The position numbers and the translations under genes are program-made. The notes beneath the pieces are model-generated. The model saw only the letters and a program-made list of their open reading frames with translations, searched no databases and was not told the origin of the DNA. This document shows, one piece after another, positions 1 to 10,762 of a stretch of 64,000 bases of DNA. The stretch's first letter is position 1. Every line of letters begins with the position of its first letter. The stretch is from contig OZ316893.1 in NCBI GenBank assembly GCA_973895155.1, forward strand, positions 25,099,520-25,163,519, written 5' to 3'. Origin of the DNA: Marsupella aquatica. Taxonomy: Eukaryota > Plantae > Marchantiophyta.

Positions 1-2586
1 AAACAATAGAACCAGTGAAGCTTCCGTGCCGGACAGTCGGTTTGCATGGTGTTTGCATCTGCCATCAGCGCTATGTAATGAGGGTGGCCAGCGTGCTCTC
101 TCTAGTTTGGACAGCAAGATTTACGTGACTCTGCTGTTGGCCATCCCTCCTAATCTAAAGTACAAGTCTTCGGGTTGGGTAAACCTTATAGCTCCCGACC
201 ATTCGAAGAACAACAGCATAAACCTGATCCGGACTGGGATTTCATGCCATATCTGCTCACAATTGTCTGGACAAATAGCCCTCTTGTTAACTCTTGCTGC
301 AGCTAAAATAATACGAAAGGTTTCTAAACCTATAGCTTCATCAATTTCAATAGTATTCCGGGATGCTATATTTTGTCCAATGAATATTTTCCACGAGTTT
401 ATGCTCACCTTCCTGAGTTGCTCTAGCTTTCTCTTGTGCACCGGATCTGCTAGTGCTTCCTTCAACAATTTAGCCGCCGTGGCAACTTCGTCTCTCAAGC
501 TCTGTACTTCCAGATCCCAGGCCTCGTAGGTATCCTTCGGGATCCGAACTACCTTATCCCATTGCTAGATGAGCTCCTTACCAGCTACATCTTGCAGCCA
601 TCTTGTCCTTTCCCTCTCTCTTCTTTGTTCTTCTTTCTCTAATGCCGCAACGTATGTCTGCTTCTCCCCCAATTGCCCTTGTAGCTCACAATTTATTTTC
701 TCCGCTTCTTGGAGCTTATTCTCACACTCCAAAGCCCCTAGTCTGGCTGACACTTCCTTCTCGGCCAGTACTTCCGCAACTTTTCCTTGTTCAGCCAACT
801 GGTCAACCAGCCGGATTGCCAACTGTTCTCCTTCTCCTACCCTCTGCTCCAGCCCTTCAATTTCCCTCTACAGCTTGTCGGCCTTTTGTTGGGATACATA
901 GCCACATAATGCATGTTGGGCGGTCACCTCCTTCAAATCTTCACCAAGTTTCCGCCAGATGCTCTGTTCACGTCGTAGCTGCTGGTCTCTTCGCTCAAGG
1001 GCTGCTTTTGCCTTATGGACCTCAGTTTGTAGGTCCGCTTCCCCTTCTTTGGCAGTGGCCATGCGGTGGCCCCATTCTTCCTCCTTGTCAGCCTACTGCT
1101 TTTGCAGCTTCTCTCTCTCCTGCTGAGCCTTTCCTAGCTTGATCTTTAGAGCTTGTGTCCCAACCTTCTCTGTCCGGACCTCTTCCTGGGCCTGTTGTAG
1201 GGCTGCGGTTGCTTCTTCATATTTCTGCCACTCCTGATCCAGTAATCCTTCTGTTTCCGTCATGTGCTTCATCATAATTTTGTTGGACGCAGACTTCTTC
1301 TATACTTTCTCGAGGAGTCGTGCAACCTTCTCTTCCAATTCGCTCATCTTCTCCGTGTTACAAGTCTTGCCCTTGGACTCCACGACTACTATCCTCGCCA
1401 TCGCCTTGGCCTCTCTCAAATCCCTCAACCAGTAGCGTAGGTCCTTTTTGTTGGGGACTGGCCTCCCTATAAAATCCAGGCGCTGAGCAAAAGTCTTCAA
1501 TTCCACCAGGTTGGTAGTGTCCGGGAGTTTGGACAGTGTGGGTTGTTGGAAGGTGGCTTCCCTCCTTTCTTCTTCTCCTTCTTCCTCTTCGTCTTCTTCA
1601 TCTGGGAGATTCACCGCCCTCCTCTTTCTCTTGAGGCTCTTACACCATTATTCGGCCTGCTCGCTCAGGTTTCGAAGAGCCTCTGCTCTCCCTTTGCTTT
1701 CTGCATCTGAATTTAGGGGTGCTTCCCCCTCTTCTTCCTCTTCATCATCTTCAAAGTCCTCCTCATTGCATTCTGGTGAATCCACATTGACGTTGGTTGT
1801 GGACCCCAATGCCATCCCAACCTGCGGTATCCCCTAGGCCTCTACTCGATCTTCTGGCTCCGATTCATCTGAGTCTAAATCGTCCGGTGGAGCCCTATGA
1901 ATTGCCTCCTGGGCACCAAACACATTGTGCACTAGAACTCCCAACTGATATGCTAACAATGAAGGGAACTTCGGACAGCCCTTTGAATTGATCATAGCGG
2001 ATACACTTGCCTTCCATAACTGAAGCGGGTGGAGGCATCCCACGAACAGAGCTCTTGTGATGGCAATTCTTGGAAAGGTGGCGTGATGGTATCCGCTCTT
2101 AACCATCACCCACTTGGTGCAGGATTCTATAAAGTTCCGATACTCCTTCTGCTGGATGGCCCCATACTGCATATTCCCGTGGTTTATCCGGACCTCTCTT
2201 TGCTGCAAGAAGGCCGCCACGCCCTCTTTCTTGATTGGGTCAACTTGGTAAGTGAGCGACAATCCCCCCGCCCTGGGTAGTCCGAACATGTCGCATAGCT
2301 TTGGATTGGAGAAGGTATAAGTCTTCCCCCTATATGTAATGAACATTCCCTCGGGTGACATTGTCACCTTCGTAATTTGCAAGAAAATTTCCCTTGCTTG
2401 GGCGGTCGATAGATAGCGGTCCATCCGGACCAAGCCATAAATTCTGGCCTTGTCGAGGATTGCTCGGCTCTCCTCAATGCGCTGTACCTCCGTGATGGAG
2501 TTGTGGATCTTCTCTTTTGCGGACAAAGCTCCCTTCTTGTTTTTAGCCGAGGGAACTTCTACTCTTCGTGCTCTTGATCCCTCCAT
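1..2586 (-). pseudogene. Decayed long ORF (>800 codons), probably the accessory ORF of an LTR retrotransposon: N-terminal plant-transposon-protein-like region, acidic linker, long coiled coil; runs off the left edge
   Basis: ORF pieces 1834-2586, 1300-1614, 1093-1275, 868-1062, 565-822 and 121-498 are all in one minus-strand frame, separated only by TAG/TAA stops. ITYRGKTYTFSNPKLCDMFGLP resembles plant retrotransposon accessory-ORF domains (recalled similarity). E/K/Q-rich heptads follow. TATA-like TATTTAAA on the minus strand near 2956-2963. Confidence 0.6.
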
Positions 2587-3009
2587 CTCTGCTCGATGAA
2601 ATTAGTAACGTAAGCAAGGAGTAAGTGGATAGTTGCACCGCAATCAGATAGCGTATGCTTATGTTGAGAGGAGGGTTGACGAGTGCGCGAATGCTTTGTG
2701 AGGCAATTCAAGCTCGTCCCTCTACCGTAAGCTCAAAGGATTCCCTGCTTTGGTCTGCGAATGTCCGGAAGGGCGGGATGGTCCTTGTCTCGTAAGCGTG
2801 AGGTGTCTCGGTCGAGCACCCCATTGATGATGGCCCTAATCGTGGTATTATTCTGGGGGCTCCTTATGATTGCCTTCTACTCATGACTTAGTGAAGGCAC
2901 GGTACCTGACGTGGTTATGTACCCAGCTTCCTCCTATTACGGCTGGCGGCGGTACTTTAAATACTATTTATGACTATCCCAACCGTATTAGGGTAATGAT
3001 TAAGCTTTA

Positions 3010-3976
3010 CTGAAATGACAGAAAAAGTTGGGGTCCACACAACCCACCTCGGCAAGGTCAGCCGAGATAGCCAGGTGTCCATATGGTACAGATATAGGAT
3101 TTTACCAATCTGTTTGTTCAAAATTTTGTTTCGGCAAAAAATTGGTTTGTTTCCCATTTTTTGTCAATACACCTATCTTGGCACGTCCAGCCAAGATTGA
3201 GTCAATCTCAGTTGCCAGCTAAGTTGCACGGAGGTGCAAAGGCCCCCATCTTAATTACGCAGCAGAGATTCCAAAAATTGGAAGACTAAAAGATTGATAA
3301 CTAATGAAATAGTTTACTCCTTGCACGCGAGGATCAGACATTTGATCTGTCGAGGAAACCTATTTTTGATGGTATATTGGTTGATTATATCAGAGGCTCT
3401 TGACCATGTGACTATGGTGGTAGCAGCATCGGGCCCATGCTGGAAACATAGCAGAATGATCAGTGCTAAGGGTTTACTACAGAGGATTCTAAGTAGTAGA
3501 CCTAGACGCCTGGACTCCTACTATGACTCAAGGATGCTTTTACATTGAGTCAATAATCTCATCAGTTATTAGTGAAGTCTATCAGCCAACCTGATATGAG
3601 CTCGCAGGTCATCTCGAAGTCGAAGCCAAGATGCAAATAAAAAAACTTCATAAAAAAAGATTCATGTTCAAAATTTGAGGGATTAACTATGGCATCCATA
3701 CTGTATGTACACCCCATCTTGGAGGTCAGCCAAGATGGGGCACATTTGAACAATACGTACAAGGAATTTCACCCCAACTTTTAGGGGGTTCATTTTCCTG
3801 AAAACTTTCCTCTCTTTTTGAAATTGTTTTGGATCTGTACACCCATCTTGGCTAGGTCAACTGACTTTGAGTCTATCTTAGCAGCCTAGCAGAGCTGCAC
3901 AACTTAAGGTGTGAGGGCTTCTTGTTAGTTGTGCACTTAGACTTACTAGAATTTAGGGGGAAATGATTGACAACTC
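3010..3976. repeat. Dispersed repeat family R1 (two or three diverged sub-copies)
   Basis: Motifs tacacc(t/c)atcttgg, tgagtc(a/t)atct(c/t)ag and ...tgataa(c/t)t recur at ~3170, ~3710 and ~3840, and in reverse orientation at 14868-15180. Confidence 0.6.
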
Positions 3977-4685
3977 GAGGTATATGCTTGATGGGACCCT
4001 TGGCAAAACTTTTTAATGTGACGGACCCCTATGGAAGTTTTGTTACTTAGTAGGACCCCCTTTAATGAGCAATACATGATGTTCTTCTAAATGGAAGAAC
4101 TACACAGTTTTTTGGCTTAAGCTTACCACGTCGTTGTGCAGTTTTGTTCTATAATTTACCAAGTTGCTTTGTTTGTGGTCAGGGTCGCCCTTTGCAATTT
4201 CCTACAGTCTACTAAGGCAGTCTTTTGTTGTTGTTTGGTGAATACATTATGGTTTATGTCTTCAAATCAATCAGGGTTTGGTAGTGGCACTTCCTTATCG
4301 CCGGTTTTAGGGGCGATCATTGTTTTGTCATGGATTTTGGTCATTTTATTATATGGGCGGAGGGGATGGCATTATGGTGATTTTTTGTTGGCTGGGGTTT
4401 CTGATTTTTCTTGCTGATGACATTTGTGACTTGTGAGAGGCTTTTGCAATCTATTTCATGAAAGGGGTTTGTCGATCATGGCGAGCTACACAACATTGGG
4501 AAAACACTACATTTGATGTTTGGGTTACTTTTCTAGAAATGTTAACTTTGCCTGTGTGTGGAGTACTTTCTTCCCCCTCTTTCTATTCATCATCTCTGGC
4601 TATTCAAACAAGGAGACCGTTCCCTCGGATTCTGGAGTTACTAAGCACATCCGGGACATACTTAGTCCAATCCGATGGATAGGCC

Positions 4686-4759
4686 CATGCTTGGAAAGAT
4701 TCGAACTCTCAACCCCCAAATCCGTAGTTTGGTGCTCTATCCAATTGAGCTACAAGCAC
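4686..4759 (-). tRNA. trnR-ACG: tRNA-Arg(ACG), mitochondrial type, inside the NUMT (probably non-functional here)
   Basis: Reverse complement GTGCTTGTAGCTCAATTGGATAGAGCACCAAACTACGGATTTGGGGGTTGAGAGTTCGAATCTTTCCAAGCATG folds as a cloverleaf: acceptor GTGCTTG/CAAGCAT, anticodon stem CCAAA/TTTGG with loop CT-ACG-GA, T-loop GTTCGAAT. Confidence 0.93.
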
Positions 4760-4942
4760 TAGTTGGCTATTCTTAAGCACTACGTGTCGTATACGCTTGA
4801 TTGCTGCGAAATAAATACGAGAAAGATATATATATATATATATACATATTTATGCTTCATCCTATTAGCTTAAGTTGTGGTATAAAGCATCGTGAATAGC
4901 CGCATGACTAGCATATTGCGTTATTAGGCAGGCGTTCGTGCC

Positions 4943-5068
4943 ACCTGCACTCAGGAATAAAAGTGCTTTGAAGCAGGCGTGATTCATTAAATGAAATACG
5001 CTCACGGAATAGTTGGGAATGCCGCAAGCAAAGATCATATAGCCTAACTGACTACAAGTTGAATAAGC
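4943..5068 (-). pseudogene. nad5: Mitochondrial NADH dehydrogenase subunit 5 fragment (NUMT)
   Basis: [42 protein letters not shown] is the conserved core of plant Nad5; truncated on both sides. Confidence 0.92.
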
Positions 5069-5130
5069 ATATTTGCTTCGTCGCTTTATATCGACTAGCA
5101 TTTTTGTTCTTCGGGCGAATATTAAATTTA

Positions 5131-5184
5131 GTGTTTAACTTGGTGAACAAACAAATAAGTGGTCCTTCTTCAGTGAGACAACGG
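5131..5184 (+). pseudogene. atp6: Short mitochondrial ATP synthase subunit 6-like fragment (NUMT)
   Basis: [18 protein letters not shown] resembles the plant Atp6 segment xNLVNEQIxGxSxVKQ (recalled); only 18 codons. Confidence 0.55.
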
Positions 5185-5414
5185 AAAAACCCCAGCTACA
5201 ATGACAGCAATAGACGCCCCAGAATTTTATCAGACCCAATCAGTTGCTCATTGTCCCGCGCACCGCGGATTTACCAACGGCCCCAGCGTCGGCAGATCCA
5301 CCATCACCGGGTGATTCTCTGGCAATTGAAGCAAGAGAAGGCCTTGTAAAAAACGGGAAGGTCACTGATTTAAGAGGATTTGTTCGATAGTTTATTTACA
5401 AAAAAAGACCCGAT

Positions 5415-6036
5415 AAACTCTTCGGTGCAAAAAGTTTTGTAACAACGCTTGAATTGCGGAAGTTTCTAACCGAGTTCCGCCTACCAAAATGACAAAGTCA
5501 TCAGCATATCGTACATATAAAATTCTTTGAAAGTAAGGGTCTAGGGGATCATCATCTTTTGACGGGACTAAGTGTCCGGAAGACATTTCGATCCTTTCTT
5601 CGTAAAGCCAAGAAAGATCTTAGATCCTGAAGGGTTAGGCCCTTGCGCAATTAGCTGATTACTCAGCTGGTATCTGTGTATAGTGCCCCGCATTCTTCCA
5701 TGGACTGCGCACACACAATGTGTTGTGCACAGTTCCGACCTCCGTAGAGGCTTACTCATCGTGCTCTTGCCATAATGTGTTGCTCGAGACAAGAGGTCTA
5801 CTGTAATACAAGCATTGCGTGTCAAGTCAGTTATCCTGGCCTACCTTCTGCTCTCTCAGGGCGTCCTAGCGGTGGGAGACCTGCCGTTCCCCGATTTTGA
5901 CTTGCTGCTCCCGAGTAAGCCATATTACTATGGCGCCTCTGCAAGTTAAGCCTGTGCCCTAGCTTGTTAGCTAGCCTGGATGGCACAGAGAATAGTGGAT
6001 AGCTCTTCCTGTCGGACGATGTATATCCGGGCGCAC
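5415..6036 (-). pseudogene. Group II intron following the cox1 exon (cox1i178-type) with remnants of its reverse transcriptase/maturase ORF, internally deleted
   Basis: Intron begins with the group II consensus GTGCG at 6036-6032 directly after ...TATAATG, and the frame continues from the exon. Downstream piece PLDPYFQRILYVRYADDFVILVGG carries the RT YADD motif. Confidence 0.85.
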
Positions 6037-6182
6037 CATTATAAAGTTGATGACTCGGTTGATGATTCCCACCGAGAATTTGATTACCGGGTTGTGCTAA
6101 TTCCATACAAATTAGAACTGAAAAGCATGTACCCATTACTCCAGCAATGGCACCAAAAATTAAATATAGAGTACCTGTATCT
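6037..6182 (-). pseudogene. cox1: Mitochondrial cox1 exon 2 (between introns at nt 44 and nt 178) with a 12-nt insertion (NUMT)
   Basis: [41 protein letters not shown](PSHQ)LYN. Preceded by a group II-like 3' end ...TACTCGAC and followed by GTGCG. Length 146 nt = 134 + 12. Confidence 0.93.
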
Positions 6183-7679
6183 GTCGAGTAAAGGATTAGC
6201 ATGTGAATAAATATGTGGGTCACCATGTCGGATTGTAATACTACGTTCGAGTACGAACGGTCTTTCGAATAGAAAAAGGTCCAAATTAACACCACCTTTT
6301 ATGTTAGACGTGTGAATATTGGAAAAGAAATCCTTTGTATAGTGTATGCAAGTACAGGAAAGCAAAAGTAATTGTATTTTACGTTCTATGAACGTGTTTT
6401 GGCAAATTAATTAAAATGCGCCAGAGGTGCCTTTACAATCATATTGCTTGAAACCATTGATTTCATTCAATAATCATATAATAAAATCCCAAAGGTATTG
6501 CAGAAACCGATGTCCGTCGACGCGGGTGACCTAAGAAATTTTTGCTATCCATAAACTTGGGCCATTTGGATTTCTTGACAAAAGAAGGTTTTCTGGGCTC
6601 TCCATGCTATCTGGACTTTCCCTTCTTCTCAATCAATTGAATGCATTTTGAAAAAGTTCCAATAATAGCTGGGATTATAGGATGCGTTGCAATCTGACGT
6701 TGCTGCCTAGTAAGTAGTAAGACATTATCAAGAGTAGTATGTTATGTTGTGAGCTGACTAGGATAGTGTTTTGATAAATGAATAGTCATGAACATTTGAT
6801 CCACATACTGTATTAGAAGTCATGATATTTCACCTATCTTTATAGCACCAGCAACTATATATTGTACCTCACTAAGTGTATGCGTGGTAGGAGGGTGTAT
6901 ATGCATACAGAGATAGTTGCACCAAGAAAAACTTTAGAAACATTGGTAAAAGACGGTGGGTAGCTTGTGTGAAGTAAAATTTATGAAAACCATTGTATGA
7001 TAAATATTCAAACCAGAAGACATTAACCATTGTCTTCACTTAAGTTAATTTGTAGTTTGGGCGACCGTGACCACTATTCAATGGTTATCCCCTATTGTAT
7101 ATTGACCATCCAAGGTTGGGTCTCATTATCGATAGTGTTGTTTGTGGGTTCAGGCACGGTTCACTATAAATTTCACTATAGTTGTTGTTGGTCTCAGTAT
7201 CAAGAAAAAACTTGTTATAGGAACTGTACAAAAACTTCTGACACAAATGTGATAGAGGGGTCCTAGTTTGTAACAATACTTTCAAAGTGTCGTATCTGGT
7301 AAAAACATTATGCCAGGGTCCCATGAAACATATACCTCTTCATAATTATATGAGTGACTGATAATTGATGATATTGTATACCCCTTGTGCATTGGCACAT
7401 AATAGGAACTCTAGGACTCAGAGTTTTATGACTGTGTGTGTTCCACTGCCCTCACTGATGGACTGATGCAGCTTTAGTTAACTTAGTTGTCATAGACATT
7501 TCCCATACGTACGAGTGATAGATTATGGCTGACTCTTGTATACTATGTTCCAGTCATTCAGTATTAGTCTGGTCTTATGTTGGTTGTGTGGTGGCTTTGT
7601 AATGGGCTAGTAAGACCCTGTCCAACACCTGCCTTCTGGACCTGTGTCTTGTTTTGTACCTCTTTTGCTGCAAAGAGGC

Positions 7680-8653
7680 GAGATATATGCTTGATGGGCC
7701 CCCTGGTGAACCTTTCTTACCTGATGGGCCCCTAGGTAACTTTTTTTACCAAGTAGGACCCCTCTTAATGACCAGTACACCTGTTCTTGTGTGGTGCCTA
7801 CACCTGTCCTTATGTGGTGCCTACTATGTATGGTGACTCCAAGCAAATTGCACAGTTGAACCGTGCGGTCAACCTTGCATGGTCGCGCGACCGAGAAACC
7901 ACGGAGATGATTCGGGAGAAACCGCGAAAAGCGACTGCCGCTGTCAAAACTATGATTTGAAGACAATATGCATTATGTCTTCAGATTCAATGGGTTAATG
8001 CTTGAAGACTCAATGGATTATGTCTTCCTGTGTTTCAAGGTTTAGGGTTTAGGGTGTACCCCGACACCTTTGGGTCTGTCTTCTTTTGAAATTGTTTGTA
8101 TGCATTGCATAGGGGAGTATTACCATTTTTTGAGCGCAATTGTCAATCATTTGCCAATTTTTGTTGTGGCGGGCAGTAGGCAAATTCTGAACATTGAACT
8201 TGAATATTCTTTGTGGACATTTGGAGGTACCCCACACTGACGCTGACAGTCATGCATGAAAACATCGTGAAAAACCCATGTGCGTAACGTGAAAAACATA
8301 TCTAATAACTACCCCACGATACGATAAAAATTTGAACCCGAAGACATAATCCATTGTGTCTTCAGGCATTAACCCAGTGAATCCAAAGACATAATGCATA
8401 TTGTCTTCAAATCGCAGTTTTGACAGCGGCAGTCGCTTTTCGCGGTTTCTCAGTCGACCATGCAAGGTTGACCGCACGGTTCAATTGTGCAATTTGCTTA
8501 CCATACATAGTAGGCACCACACAAGGACAGGTGTAGGCACCACACAAGAACAGTGTACTGGTCATTAAGATGGGTCCTACTTGGTAAAAAAAGTTACCTA
8601 GGGGCCCATCAGGTAAAAAAGGTTCACCAGGGGGCCCATCAAGCATATATCTC
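7680..8653. mobile_element. Mutator-like foldback element (copy C), ~350-bp TIRs around a ~300-bp spacer, 9-bp TSD
   Basis: Starts GAGATATATGCTTGATGGGCCCC, ends GGGGCCCATCAAGCATATATCTC. Arms ~7680-8028 and ~8340-8653 are near-identical inverted copies. Flanks caaagaggc (7671-7679) and caatgaggc (8654-8662) match 8/9. Confidence 0.88.
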
Positions 8654-10762
8654 CAATGAGGCTGTTACCTTTGCCTACTTGATCCAATTAAGTATTCCAG
8701 TAATAAATTACCCTCTTGGGTCCGGGCACACCATTGAGAGCAATAAAGCAAAACTGGGTTGCTATGCAATTTACAATGTTGTCTCACACTAAGTTCAAGA
8801 TGGGTTATGCTAGTTTGCATGTAAACACATAGCTCATGGGAAACAAGGGGCCCCTAGCAAAGACAATGTAATAGCCCGAGCTTTGCTTGTAAATAAGTGG
8901 TGGGTTCCATTGTGCTCATTTTCAGTTCCATGCTCAACCGTAGTTGCACCTCAAGTGATAGACAGGAGGCTTCACTCTAGGCAAAAAGGCCCTTCTACTA
9001 GCTTTTGACCCTAATTTTGAAACTTGACAGATATTTGGCAGTTCTGGTAGTAACTGGTAGGGGAATGATGCTCCCCAGGGCCAAGCCTGTGATCAAACCA
9101 TCCAACCATGTATGCTCATTGACACCCTTCTTGTTTCATAGCAAAGTTTGACAGCAAAGTTTGAAGTTCAATATCTCCCTTGATGTCCAACAAAACTGGC
9201 TCTCCTTGGGCTTGTTAGAAGCGGAAAGAAACTTAGGGTCTTCCAATCAGTCTAATATCCATTGAAGAATTGGGAGAGTTAGGAATTTCTAAAGAGTACT
9301 CTATCACTCACTATCCAAGCATTGCGTTTCCAAAAGTTTTTGGGCAGTGTTTCAGAAGTGACGTTTCACAATGAGTGTCTTCTTTGATATCCAATGGAAG
9401 CTGATTGTCTGTGCTTTCTATAGTCAAATTTTATTGAAAATTGAGAGGCCTACAAATTTCTAAAGAAGACTGCATTGTTTTATTGGGACATTCTACTCAT
9501 CCTTGTAGAAAAATGGGTTTTTGCAGGCCAACAGGGTTTTTAGTTTTTTACGTGCTAATAGTACATCTGAGCTGGAAAATTCTATCCAAGAATTTTTGGC
9601 AAGCATGGAAGTCAATCCTGCTTCGGTCGGCATGGGTCATTTAATTTGTTTTTCATAATAAAGCTTTCCCTACCCTCAGCACAACCAAAAGAAAAGACAA
9701 TGCTGTACCCTTGGCCTATAGTAGTTGTCTTATACAGAAGTCAACGCCTGAGTTTATCCAATACCCTGAGCCCCATTACCAAGTTTTTCCGTAAGAGACA
9801 CATCGTCCATCAATATTTAAAGATATTAACTTCCATGCTAGTAAACAGATGGTGCGTACCATGATGTCCGTTTGGAATTCTACCCAACCATAGCGATGCT
9901 CACATCACTCTAGGCTATCCTAACTTGTGAATGCCCTTTGTTAGGTACACTATATGTCAGTCACTCATTTGAGCTCTATGTATGGGCCACCATAAGTGTA
10001 CATAAAAAAACAATATTCAGATATGGAACAACATTCACTGATATCTTACTCAGATATACCTTCCGTACTCGGATATACCTTATGTTGGTGCTTTTTGATG
10101 TACAATTACCGTTAGGCCTATAGTATGCACAGTTGTAAACGGTGTCTATTTTTTGGCATGGGACCCAAGTAGGATAAGGCTGTGAGTCACTTGGGACAAT
10201 AGGAGGTATGGTAGGAAGAGAGTTTACTTGTCTAAGAGTATATCTAATCTTCACTCTTAGGTCTTCCAAGCCTTTAGGAGTCTCACCGAGCAGAGAAGGT
10301 GAAATTGGTCCATACAATCCTCAACACCCGTGGGGTATCCAGTGTCAGGCCAGTGCAACACAACTGGCTCAAATGGTCCTTTGTAGACTGAGGCAGAGCA
10401 AATCTTGGGTACACAAGAGTATGGCAAAAATTGCAAGTGGAAAACACTGATGTATACCTTGTGAAAGGCTTTATGGCTAATCGCACCTGACGTCCTCAGT
10501 ATACTAGTTTCTGTTGTCACAGATCAATTTATGAACTTCACTTTCTTCTTTCTTCATCATGGTGAAATTGAATGTTGCTTCCTATACGTATATTCTGGTG
10601 TTACCTGTTAGGGAAACTAGTTTGGTAATTTTGTCTCATTGTAGTTTTGTTATGCATTTTATTTCAATTCACCTTAGACAATGTCTATGTTTTCTATTAT
10701 TGGACTTTAGTATTGTTTTTGCCCCCCTCTTGGTTTTGATTTTCTTTCCCTAGGGCCAACAA

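Larger units (their letters stand above)
4611..6537. other. NUMT: mosaic of rearranged mitochondrial DNA fragments
   Basis: Contains mt-type trnR(ACG), nad5, atp6-like, group II intron maturase and cox1 pieces in mixed orientation. Boundaries inferred from the empty site in the sister element (~11545-11560). Confidence 0.9.
3977..7338. mobile_element. Non-autonomous Mutator-like TIR element (copy A) carrying a ~1.9-kb mitochondrial insertion
   Basis: Left end GAGGTATATGCTTGATGGGACCC (3977) matches the reverse complement of the right end ...GGGTCCCATGAAACATATACCTC (7338). Internal segments 4520-4610, 6540-6610 and 6960-7338 are inverted homologs of the element at 10763-12175. No clean TSD seen. 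Confidence 0.75.

Noticed and set aside
26-2280. Plus-strand Ser/Leu-rich ORFs
   Set aside because: Antisense shadows of the E/K-rich minus-strand frame.
5392-5586. RT fragment considered as an active retron or mobile group II intron
   Set aside because: Only ~50 codons of a cox1 intron maturase within the NUMT.
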